Shown here in pieces: positions 11,301 to 24,300 of a DNA stretch of 64,000 nucleotides. Within the stretch, counting starts at the first letter, position 1; each line of letters starts with the position of its first letter. The notes beneath the pieces are model-generated. The model had not been told where the DNA came from, searched no databases, and saw only the letters and a list, made by a program, of their open reading frames with translations. This DNA is from Octopus vulgaris (lineage: Eukaryota), in NCBI GenBank assembly GCA_951406725.2, contig OX597817.1, positions 156,736,001 through 156,800,000 on the forward strand, written 5' to 3'. The translations under genes and the position numbers were made by a program.

Positions 11301-14300
11301 GCCTGTTTTTCTTTTGTCTCAAATCGGTGTTCAGATCCAACAATATCAAAAAACCATCTTACCTCTGATACCAACATGAAAAAAAATGCATGTAAACACT
11401 GATTTTTCTGTTTTGGATAACCAGTTCTTTTTTGTCTGGTAGTGAGTTGGACCGTATAAATCAATTGAACTTAATGATGTCTGTATGACATTTGGCGACG
11501 TCGATTCATGCAGGACTTAAACTCAGAATTATGAAATGCTGAACTAGACATGACAAAGGATCCAAGTCCAACAGCATACCAAACTTTGGCTAGTCATCTT
11601 TACCATTCTTTTATACGGATATCAAAATTCCATTGAACCAGCCCACTTTATGCTACACAGGAACAATAACAAGAATTTTATCTCCTTGTACGCAATTCTA
11701 TAAGTCCAAGTCATTTAAGACGGAATAGTTGTGTGGCTATGTAATGTGTGTACCCATCTGTGTGTGTATGTGTATTGTATTTTTTGTCATATTTAAAAAA
11801 ATGTCTGTTTTACTGTTGCTACTCTTTACTGTTTCTTTTTTTTTTTTTCAATGTTTACTGTTGCTTGTGTGTGTATATCAAGTGTCCCAAACATCTGACA
11901 GATTTCCAAATACAAAAACTGTCTATATGCGGACACTATTTCGTTGTGTATATGTGTATGTACCTTCATCTAGGTGTGTATGTTGTATGTTGGTCATCAA
12001 CATTCATGCATTCTCTTCTAGTCCATCCCATCTCAATGATTCCTTTAATTGGTTTTGGTGCCATTTATCATATAATTTCATTTCTTGTTGATTTACTTAG
12101 TCTTATCATTATTATCGTCATAACTATGGATATATCATTCCAGTCATCCTTAGTGTTTCATCTGATGATGATGTTGGTAATGGTTATGATGCTAAGTGAA
12201 AATATACCACAGCTTTTTGTCTGTTAAGTGTTTTGCATTAGGAAGGGCATCCAGCCATAAAAAGGAATGTATAAACAAGCATGGTCCTCAACTCAACTAT
12301 AAGGGTGCTTACTCCAAACTAGGTCAAGCTCAGACCATGATATCCTGTCCAGCCCATACCAACACAGAAAATGGACATAAAACAGTGATGACATAGGTAG
12401 GATTTAACCATTTAGAATTTGAACTGGGTATGTCCAGCCCATGGCCACACAGAAAATGGACATAAAACAGTGACGACATAGGTAGGATTTAACCATTTAG
12501 AATTTGAACTGGGTATGTCCAGCCCATGGCCACACAGAAAATGGACATAAAACAGTGACGACATAGGTAGGATTTAACCATTTAGCATTTAAACTGGGTA
12601 TGTCCAGCCCAAATATTCTCCCTGTTTCATGTTCAAACTTGTGAGATCCAGCTTCTGACACCTACCCTACAATTTCATTCTAAAAATAAACAGTTACTTC
12701 ATCAGAATCTCAAAGCTAAGAGATAATGCATGATTAATTCAAAACCTGATGAACAAATGAGCATTGCATATGACAGAGTAATCTGAATGCTGGAAGGCTA
12801 CGATAGGCTGATTAAAACATAACAAAAAAGCTAAGTGGTGTTAGGTCTGTTGTTTATGAACACCATAGCACCACATACAAAATATCACAAAATGCAATTT
12901 GAGAAATGGTTTATTGCAAATTCATCCAACCCATGATAGTCATCAGCAGCCAAATCCTCGTCTTTTAGTTCATGTAACTTTCTAAAAAACTGTGTTAAAC
13001 ACCAGTTTAATATTTACCTCTTTTATTTATGTGTGAGTGTGTTGGCAGTTATGGATGAAGATGTGTCACAGATACATCCTCACTGCAAAGCGGAAAGGAT
13101 TCAGTTGAATCCAAAAATATTTAAAGCAAAGCAATGTTTCCAATTGGATAGATTGAAAATATATTGTGGCTGTTGGTATTTATTCTACCTTTTCAGTTTG
13201 AATCTCAGAAACTCCAAATTAAACTGGATAATCCCTGCATGTGTGTCTGTGTGTCTGTGCATGTGTATGAAAAAGAGAGAGAGTTGCATGAAAGATGATT
13301 TCCAATTTTGTATCATTTTGTTTTGTGTGTTGTTTTTGTGCAGGTATTGACAAACAGGAGATCATATTTGAGCAGATGGTTGAACAAATTGTTTGTGAGG
13401 GAAACAAAATATCGATGCCTGATTCCACGTTACAAGATGAAGATTCGGTTTCCACTGAACCAGCGTTGATGTCATCATCTCAGTCTAGAGACAACAACAC
13501 GTATTCTAGTATCAGCAGTTCTGATTTTGGCGAACAAGTAGCTGCTGTACAATCTCAGCAACCCTGTAGAGAAGACAGCGGCTCCGATGATCGAGCTCTA
13601 ACTGAAGAAGACTTTGAACGCATGATGTCCAGTTATGAAAATGTTTATGATGGAGTGCAACTCGCTCCTGAAGTCAGCAAGTTAGCCATGAATGCCAGTG
13701 ATCTAGACATCGGAGATCGTTTTGACACAAAACAACTTGACCTACATCTTCAGCCAACTGGACGCTCTTCAAGTTATGAGCAGCTTTACAAAGAAACAGG
13801 CGAAGAGATCGCTGAAACAAGTGAACAAGCCGAGCAAGTTGTTTATTCCGCAGAGTCGAAAGAAGGTGAGTTGAACAATGTGAGTGCAGCGACTGACTCA
13901 CTTGTGTCTCAAGCTTGCTCGAAACCACAGAGTGAGCTGACATGTTTACCTGCAAAGAGGTCAGTACGATTTGATACTGACCCCAGTCAAATTCACATAA
14001 CAGTAGAGTCTGGACTAGACACTTTAGGCTGTGATGATAGCATGACAACAGAGTCAACTGACCCAGAATTTTTGATGCGAGCCTGTTCTTGGGACCCGGA
14101 ATGGGACCCGTCTAAGACCCGCAGTAGAACATATTCCGCTCCAGGGACAAAGTCTCGTCGGAATTTGCCATATGTATTCCAAGAGAAAGGTATCGTGTTA
14201 CTAATGTGCTACTTAAAAAGCAAACCATTTTCCAGTTGCCCTTGCTTGTTTCTAGTTCCAACCATATTCTCGTCACCCTGACTTCTGTGGTTTTCTATTT

Positions 14301-17300
14301 TTTTTTTTACCTGCTACTCTTTGGTGCATCCACTTTGCTGTGGCTTCAGGCTGTGTAGAATTTGTTAAGTGTGACTGTGGCCATGTCTATGTAGTTACTT
14401 TCTTAAAAACAGTAACATGGGAGTCTCAATTTGTCAGGATTATATCAGAATTATTGAGTCATCGTTTCCTTTTCTATCTCTTTTAATCCAGTTGCTATGA
14501 CCAGGTGGGTTGAGGCTCTTCACTTTGAAATTGTGTGGGTGGGGTTCTCCTTACTGACCTCTCATTGATATTAAATGACTGACTGCCAATGCTATCTCTA
14601 CCTTATTGACCACTACTACCACACTCACAATGAACTAGAACCAACACTACTACCCTCACTACACTACCCCTACTGTTCAGTCTATTTAATAATGCAAGTC
14701 TAATTAATGTTTAAATTTTAGAAAAAAAATTAATCTTAGTAATTTAATTAGGAAGTAAGATCCTGCATTGTTTTGGTTTTTCTTTTTCATTTTTTTTTTT
14801 AAATGAAGATTTACAATTAACATAGCAGTAGGGTTATATATGTAATCCAAGTAATCAACAAAGGATATTTGCTGTTTATGTGCGTGTAGGTTCCAAACCA
14901 ACAACATGACCATTCAGATTCTCTAATAATTGCATCTTTATATCTCCCCTCTCAGACTAAATAACACCAACCACCAGCCTTAAAATTAAGTTTGTTCCTT
15001 GGATCAAAGAAACAATGTTGTAAGAAAAGGGAGAAATATTTGTCATCACTTCTACTGAGCATATTCTGGTGGGGTCCATTCTAAACTTCATGCAGTTTGT
15101 AGGGTTAGCCTTTTTTTTACATCATGCTATACCTATTTCTTTATTACCCACAAGGGGCTAAACACAGAGGGAACAAACAAGGATAGACATAGGTGTTAAG
15201 TCGATTACATTGACCCCAGTTCGTAACTGGTACTTAATTTATCGACCCCGAAAGGATGAAAGGCAAAATCAACCTCGGTGGAATTTGAACTCACAACGTA
15301 ACGCAGACGAAATACCGCTAAGCATTTTGCCCGGCGTGCTAACGTTTCTGCTAGCTCGCCGCCTTATGATTAATAGCATCATGCTAAACCTTATGATTAA
15401 TAGCATCATTGACTACAGGTTTCCAAGAAACAAGTTGCTGGGTAACTTTTGATGGCAAGAATGCAAAAGAACTGTCTGTGCAAATCAGACATAATAGATA
15501 CTACAAGATCTTATTCTAATCACCAGTTTTATTGCAAATAAACACACAAACATATGAGTGGCTTTCACAGTTTCCATCTACCAAATTTCACTGACAAGGC
15601 ATTGGTCAGCCTAAGGCAATGGTAGAAGACACTTGCCCAAGGTGTTGTGCAACAGAATGGTACCAGGAACCACATGCTTGCAAAGCAAACTTCATAACCA
15701 CACAACCATACCGTTTTATCACAGACGCTCCTGGAATAATATATATTATATTACATTACTTGGAAACTGGTGAGGAGTGGCAACAGAATGGACATCCAGC
15801 CATAGAAAATCTACCTCAATAAATTCCATCTAACCTATGCAAGCGTGGAAAAGTGGATGTTAAATGACGATGATGATATATAAGAACTAACCCAGACTTG
15901 GATAACCAATCCTACTCATTCCAGCATGGAAAACAAAAGTAAAAGCGAGGATGAGGATGTTAACCCTTTGACATTTAAACCAGCCCTATCCAGCCAAAAT
16001 ATTCTAAATGTTTTATGTTCAAACTGACCGGATCAGACCTCTCACACATACCCTACAGTGTTATTCTTAAAATAATCACATCATCATAACCTTGAAGCTT
16101 CGAGATAATGCATCGTTAATTCAAAATAATGCGAATGAGTAAGCATTGCATTTGACAGAATAATCCGATTGCTAAAGGGTTAAAACTGTTGTAAGAAGCT
16201 CTAAGAGAATATTGACAACTGTGATAGGATGGTATAAAATATAAACATTCGATTAAATGAAGTGATTGTGGAGGAGACTATGTGAAGGCATATCTAAAAC
16301 AGTAGTTTGATGGTTGCAAGTAGTTCTAGTTAGTTAGTTCTTAGCTAAATCAATGGTATAGAAGTAACCGATCAAGCTAAATACATCTAAATACATGTAG
16401 CTTCATTTATCACTGATTCAGTCATTACTGATTCAGGATAACATGGTATGCTCAATTGTGGATCATGTCACGCTTATCATGGATTGATCTGTGATAACAC
16501 AGGTCAATAATTAGCCAATTTTGCTAGTACTTCAAAAACAAGTCCTAGTGACCACCCACACTGCTCAGCTACCCCAGAATGCACTGACTATCTCTTGTGT
16601 TGACATGACCATGCTGCAAGGCACAATATTTCTTATTTGGATTTACAAACTCGTACCCATGAAAGGTGGGGACCAGTGAACAGAAAAATACAAAAATGCC
16701 TGATCCTAGCAAACAACACAAATTAGTGTATTCTCTGCAGGAAAATGTAGAGATAATCAAGAAAATATGTGACAGTGGAAGTTTGATTACTGTTGGCTGC
16801 AAGTTTAGGGGTCAATGAATCTATTATTCATTCCATTTACAAGGTGTGTGGGGCTGATTCATTTATCAGTCTTTTTTGGAACCAAATCCCCATGATAGAG
16901 TAATACAGATGTGCATTTCTTGTCCACCTTGTCTTTATTATGAAGTATGCTGTCCAAAGATTTAGGGTGTAAAACGGGTTCTCAACCATTTTTTTATCTA
17001 TGGATCCCTATAGCCATTCAATGTTTAAAAATTAGTTCTAAATTAGTTCTAAAAATTTTCAAAATTCCTGTTTTGGTTTTCACACATTAACTTGTATAGG
17101 TTTGCTATTTTGTTACATGGACCCCACAAAATCTTATACAGGTGTATTTGGTTTATACTTCTTCACCATGCACACCTTCTCTTATAGAGCATGTTGACAA
17201 AGATTTAGAGTGTTAAACATGTGCTTCTTGAAATGGCAGTTTATTAAGAGACATGGTTTTTGCCCTGTGGCTACTTTCACCAAGGCAATGGGAGGAGCTA

Positions 17301-18219
17301 GTTGTCAAGGGTTTGTTAATTTCCCTTACCCCCCCCCCTCCTCTCTCACTGTATTCTGTCTCTTTTATATTTTTTGGATCTTAGAGACAAGATACCAAAG
17401 TACTCATTTGTGATAGTGTAAGGGCTCATGTTTTACGTACAGCTGTATTATTGCATTGGATTATTAGACTCAAGGCTGTTGTTTAACCCTAGGTTACTTC
17501 TCTATCAGCAGATCCATGATATCCAAGATGTTCCAGCAATGACCATCCAGACTTTTATTTTTAAGATCTAATGCATATAAATCTACATTATCTTATACAT
17601 GTACCTTTCTTTTAAAGAAGGTAAAGTGTAATTTGAGGGAGATATTTAGCTGATATTTCTAGGAGGTCAGAAAACCATGTAAAGGTTCCTTCAGTAGCTC
17701 AGAAAGTTAAAGGAAATTTGTGAAAGTGGATTGGTCTATTGCGTCCCTTTTTTTTTTTAAATGAAAGTATTCATATGATTTCAACCCTCCCACCAGCAAC
17801 TCCCACTAGCACAAACTTCCATAGCAAAGAAGGTTAAGTGTATCTATCATGTATTCTTAAATACATGCTATTCTATTTTATTGACCCTCAAAATTGACCT
17901 TGGCAGTATATGAACTCTGAACATAAAGAGCCAGCGAAATACAGCAAAACTTATTCCAACACTTTAGCAATTCTGCTAGCTTACCATCTCTCGGAATAAT
18001 AATAATTGATTAGTAAGTTTTCTTTTTTTGGCACAAGTCTTCAAATTTGGAGAGAAGGAGTATATAGTAAATTGAAATCAACCTCAGTACATAACTGGTA
18101 CTTATTTTTATTAATTTCTTAGAGATGACTGGTAAAGTTAACTTTGATAGGATTTGAACTACAAGTTTATGTGAGGCATTTAGTTTAGTTCTTTACCATT
18201 TTCTACCACTCCACTATCC

Positions 18220-18250
<31 letters not shown>

Positions 18251-20947
18251 GTAACAACAACAATAATGGTTTCAAATTTTGGCCCAAGGCTAGCAGTTGT
18301 AGGCGAGAAAATTAGTCCATTACGGTAATACCAGTACTGACTGGCGCTTAATTTTATTTTTATTAACCACCAAAAGCATGGAAGGCAAAGTTGACCTCAG
18401 CAGGATTTGAATGCAGAATGTAAAGAGGCAGAAAAAATACTGCCAACCAGCAATTCTGTTGACTTGGTTGCCTTGATGATAATAATAATAGTCCATTCTA
18501 TTATTGCTTGAAGGGGACCTTACAGAGACACAAAATACTATAGTTTACTAAGAAAATAGATTGCTGACTGAGAAAAAATTATGTTGCTGTATTGAGCATA
18601 TTAATGTATGATAGTTTCATGAAGGACTGTCACCTATGCCTGTCTATGAATCCCACAAATCCAGAATTCCCTGACTATAAAGAATAAGTGCCCACTCTTG
18701 GCCGTCATTCCTCAGCCTGTGCAGCATTTACCTCATATCACTTGTCTTCCTCTCCAAATGGAACTTGAAAAAAGTCAGACTTGGCCGAAGAGGAACTTAT
18801 CTGTCTTTAATAACCGTTTCAGTGTTGTCCGATACACAACTTCTTTCACTATAGCCACCAGACAGAGGAAAACTGCCTGCCCTTCCTAATCAAAAGAAGG
18901 CGGTGGGGTGACACAGAGTGTGACATGGCTGGCCCTTTAAAATACGGGTACTACTCATTTTTGCCAGCTGAGTGGACTGGAGCAACATGAAATAAAGTGT
19001 CTTGCTCAAGGACACAACGTCTTACCAGAAATTGAACATATGACCTTACGATCATGAGCCAAATACCCTAACCACAACGCCACATGCCTTATATAACTAC
19101 ACAACTTGGCGATCTACAATCAGTTTTGGGTAGACATGGGTAACAGTATTTCCATGCCTGTAAAAATTTATCTCAACCCGTACTGCTCCCATCCCTAGCA
19201 GCACTGCTAGTCCACAGATTTCCAGAAGCTATCTATAGTCCATGGCTTGAAAGTATTGTGGTACAGATCAGCTAGTTTATTCTTATGAATACTCAGAGTT
19301 GATCAGAGAACTCCATTGCTCTTTCACACCTCTAGCTCTCTACAGAATGCTAGAAATCATAAAAACAACAACCCTTATGAGCTATAGTATTATAGTTACT
19401 CTTTTTACTCTTTTACTTGTTTCAGTCATTTGACTGCGGCCATGCTGGAGCACCGCCTTTAGTCGATCAAATCGACCCCGGGACTTATTCTTTGTAAGCC
19501 TAGTACTTATTCTATCGGTCTCTTTTTGCCGAACCGCTAAGTGACAGGGACGTAAACACACCAGCATCGGTTGTCAAGCAATGCTAGGACAACAAACACA
19601 GACACACAAACACACATATATACGACAGGCTTCTTTCAGTTTCCGTCTACTAAATCCACTCACAAGGCATTGGTCGGCCCGGGGCTATAGCAGAAGACAC
19701 TTGACCAAGAATCCCACGCAGTGGGACTGAACCCGGAACCATGTGGTTGGTTAGCAAGCTACTTACCACACAGCCACTCCTGCGCCTATTTATCTTTTTA
19801 CAAAAATTCACTGTGAGCAATCATCACAAAGCAAAGCAACCCCTGTTTCCCCCTCAGCTGTTGAATATTGTTGTTTTTGTTTAAAGCTTCAAGCATTCCT
19901 GTCTGATTAATTTGAATTTTTTGTGAAGTGTTTGTGTGTTTTTTCAACACCTGCACCACCTTTCCTCAGAAATTAACTCCTCCTAATCAGCATGATTGCC
20001 TTTTAATCTGTTTAATCTATGTTAGAAACCCTTTATAATTGGACTTACCCAGTTTCTATTATCCATTTCTTAATTTTTTTTTATTTTCTTTACCCCTCAC
20101 ATTATTCCACCTAAAACTTTCCTTTGTTTCCTACACACCACCTTCCTCTTCTACAACCACTAGATGCTGTAACTACATCGCAATCCAACAAGGAAGTATC
20201 TACATGGTCACTAAACCTGCTAGAAATAACAACTAATATCTCCTCAAATTACTCCCTACCATTTTAAAGAAGGACTCATTAGACAATGGTAGCGTCTGAT
20301 TATACAAAGATGGGATAGTCACAACTGAAACACCTCTTAATCATAGGTCTGTTCAGTCAGGGTTGACATGACTTCATCATCATCATAGTTTTGGCATTCT
20401 GCATTTAACATTTCCATTGAAGATTTTGTTATTGTCTGATGAACTTATCTCTTGAATTTTGTTCTTTTTTTTTATGGTTAAATTTATGAAAATTTCTTGT
20501 TTTTCGCTTTTAAAACTTGGAATAATCTTTTTTAGAATTTTCCTGATTAACTAAAATCCACTAAAAGAAACACAGTGTAGTTCCTGATTTGCTCCAGTTT
20601 TTAGTGAGAAAATACTTATAGCTCTGACAGAATCTCTTTAACGAACAGTAATTAGTTTTAGTTTTGTGGCATTAAAGCTGGTAAAAGTGCCATAGGATAT
20701 AATACTATCCTTTTACATACAACATTTTTGCTTAATGATCTGGTACCTGCTTCCTCTACGTGGTATACTAAGTAAATTTGGCATGAAGTGTATCACCCCA
20801 AATACAAAATTAAAAAAATTTCATAAATTTGAAATTAGGAACTTCAAATTGGTGTTGTACCCATTACCGTCCATATCCACCCAGTCATTCTATTTCCACT
20901 TTCAAAAGTGAACCCTTTGCTTAAACCAGTTCTCAAAAGCATATTTT

Positions 20948-21000
<53 letters not shown>

Positions 21001-21323
21001 TACAGTGGTGGACCGGGTCTTAAAATATTGGTTGCCAGGAGACTAAGGGGGCCCATCTGCAACTACAATGGTATGGTTTTTTAGTTCTTTTTTTTCTATT
21101 AAAAGTATTCTTTTCAATTGTCTACAAACGCAACCAGGCTGAAATAATTAAGGCATTCTTCCAGGAGTGAATAAAAAAAATTCTCAAACTTGAGGGGATG
21201 GACCCCTTAGATACTAACACAGGCCCCCATATTCCATTATATCTATTTATTAAATGATAAAAAACATGTGTTTAAATGGTACAAGCAAGTGAATTAGATC
21301 AGCTAATAAATACATATAATTTG

Positions 21324-21379
<56 letters not shown>

Positions 21380-24300
21380 TGGTTTATAGTACATAAGTGA
21401 TTGGAGAAATAAAGGGAAGTAGCACTCAGCACATTTTGTAAGAATTACATGTATTTATATAATAATAGTTTAACTCAGGCCCATGCAACTTAAAATTTCA
21501 TCAGGCAATTGGAGATCGAATCTCTCCAGATTCATGATGAACTGGGTTTGTTGTAAGATCCTACAAAACTTTAAGTTGCATGGAGCTGAGTCAAACTGTT
21601 ATTAAATAACATGTATATACGCACCAGTGAAGGCACATGGCTCAGTAGATAGTGTCAGGCTCACAATCATGAGGTAGTGTGTTGTGTTCTCGAGCAAGAC
21701 ACTTTATCTCACATTGCTCCTGTTCACTCAGCTGTAGAAATGAGTTGTAATGTCACTGGTGTCAAGCTGTATCTGCTGTTGCCTATACATGGGCAACTGC
21801 TGGTCTTCTATAAACAACCTTACCCAGGCTTGTGCCTTGGAGGGGAACTTTCTAGGTGCAATCCCATGGTCAATCATGACTGAAGAGGGTCTTTATATAC
21901 ACACATATAGACACTTGTTTAACTGTGGCCATGCTGGAACACTGTCTTCTAGATCATGGTCAATTACATTGATCTCATTACTGATATCTATCTTGGAAGG
22001 ATATAAAACAAAGAGGAACCTGAAAGAATTTGAGCCAAAAATCTAAAAGGCTCGATGAAATACCATGAGGTATTTTGATTGATAGACACTCAGTTTTGCC
22101 ATCAGCTGCCATTATGCTGATGATCTTAGGGAATTGGTTTTCTTTACTGAGAATGACTTGAGATGAAGTAAATTAGACAAGACCTTAAGAGTGTAATGAC
22201 ATCTTTGGACAGTTGACCAGGTCGTTGCTGTTGTTTAGTCCCATATCAGCTCTGATAAAGCAGACTTCGCAGTCTAGCTGTAATATTCTGTCTTTTATTC
22301 AAACACACATCATCAAGCACCACATTACCTAATGTGTCATTCCTTTTGTAAGCTTGTAGGATGTGATTTGAGGGAGGCTTGGTTGTTATTTCTACTAGAT
22401 AAAATACCTGCACAGAGGTTCCTTCATTGCTTTGTGTTATCTAGTTATAGAGTAAGGTGTCATGCTCCAGGTCTTGGTTAAGTTTGGAGTTAAGTGTTTA
22501 CACCACTTATTGACTACTTAATATTCTTAACGTCTGTTCAGCCATGACTGTGTTTACTTCTTATCAAAGCCAACACAGTTGTAACCTACTGTTTTAACGC
22601 ATATTCTAGGGCTTTATAACATTAGTTTGTCATTTGAGGAACATTTGGCTGCTGTTGCTAATGTTTTGAAGTTAGGTATCATATATCATACTTGAGCTGT
22701 CATTCAGGTTGTTGTCATTGATGTTCAGCCACAGATCAGACTTTACTGAGCAGAAAAATTATCAAAGTGTTTCAGTCTTGACAATCCTACTAAGCATGTG
22801 CCATGAGCAATTACTTATGTTAGGTAGTAAGCAATTAAGACAGTAACTTATTAACAGGGTACCTTGTCTTTGTGAGGCAATTTTAAAATATTTTGACTGC
22901 CTACAATGACATGTAAACAAGCATATACTCTTTACTTGTTTCAGTCATTTGACTGCGGCCATGCTGGAGCACCGCCTTTAGTCGAGCAAATCGACCCCGG
23001 GACTTATTCTTTGTAAGCCCAGTACTTATTCTATCGGTCTCTTTTGCCGAACCGCTAAGTGACGGGGACGTAAACACACCAGCAGCGGTTGTCAAGCAAT
23101 GCTAGGGGGACAAACACAGACACATACATATATATACATACATATATACGACAGGCTTCTTTCAGTTTCCGTCTACCAAATCCACTCACAAGGCATTGGT
23201 CGGTCCCAGGGCTATAGCAGAAGACACTTGCCCAAGATGCCACGCAGTGGGACTGAACCCGGAACCATGTGGTCGGTAGGCAAGCTACTTACCACACAGC
23301 CACTCCTGCGCCTATACAAATTTAATTTTTATATAGTTGTATTTACACACACATTCATAATTACACACATACATGTGTGTGTGCATAATATATATGTCAA
23401 GGTCAAAAGAAATAGTGAAAACATTCAAAATATCTGTTTACAGAATTACATACTGAATTCAATACATTAGCATTTTTTTGTAATGATTTGGCAGTTATTG
23501 ACTTTTTTTTTATCTTTAATAATTGATATTTATAATCTTACTCGGTGAACAGTACCTGCATTATGTATTTATGTCTACATTATCCAGCTCACCATTTTTC
23601 TTTGAACAGCAATAGATATAATTTATGATAGATTTAGCTGTTATTTCTAGCAAGCTAAGCCACATGCCTTAGTTTCTTTCTTGTGATGTTGCAGACATCA
23701 TGCTGTCCTTCTTGTTTCAATGTAATAAAATAGGAATTTTGCCTGCTAGCATTAATGTCGTAATAGAGGAGGTCAATGGATTCAATGCTTTACAGTATTT
23801 TCATTGCTGTAGGTTCTGGGTTCAAATTCTAAATCATACAAATCAATAAAAATATGTTATGGACATTCAATAACCTTACACTTCACCCTGCTGAAAATTT
23901 CCCAGAGAAAATAAATTAAGGATAATAATAATATTAATAATCATCATCATCGTTTAACGTCCATTCTCCATGCTAGCATGGGTTAGACGGTTCGACCGGG
24001 GATCTGGGAAGCCAGAAGGCTGCACCAGGCTCCAGTCTTATCTGGCAATGTTTCTACAGCTGGATGCCCTTCCTAACGCCAACCACTCCGTGAGTGTAGT
24101 GGGTGCTTTTTACGTGCCTAATAATACTTTCTACAATAGGCAAAAGGCCTGAAATTTTGTGGGATGTGGCTAGTCAATTACATCAACCCCTATGCTCAAC
24201 TGGTACTTATTTCATCAAGCCCAAACCCCCAAAAGGATGAAAGGCAAAGTTGACCTAGACAAAATTTGAACTCAGAATGTAAAGACAGATGAAACACTAC

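Noticed and set aside
9855-11640. Coding-like stretches in the first intron
   Set aside because: Riddled with stops; probably old retroelement debris, but I could not assign a family with confidence.
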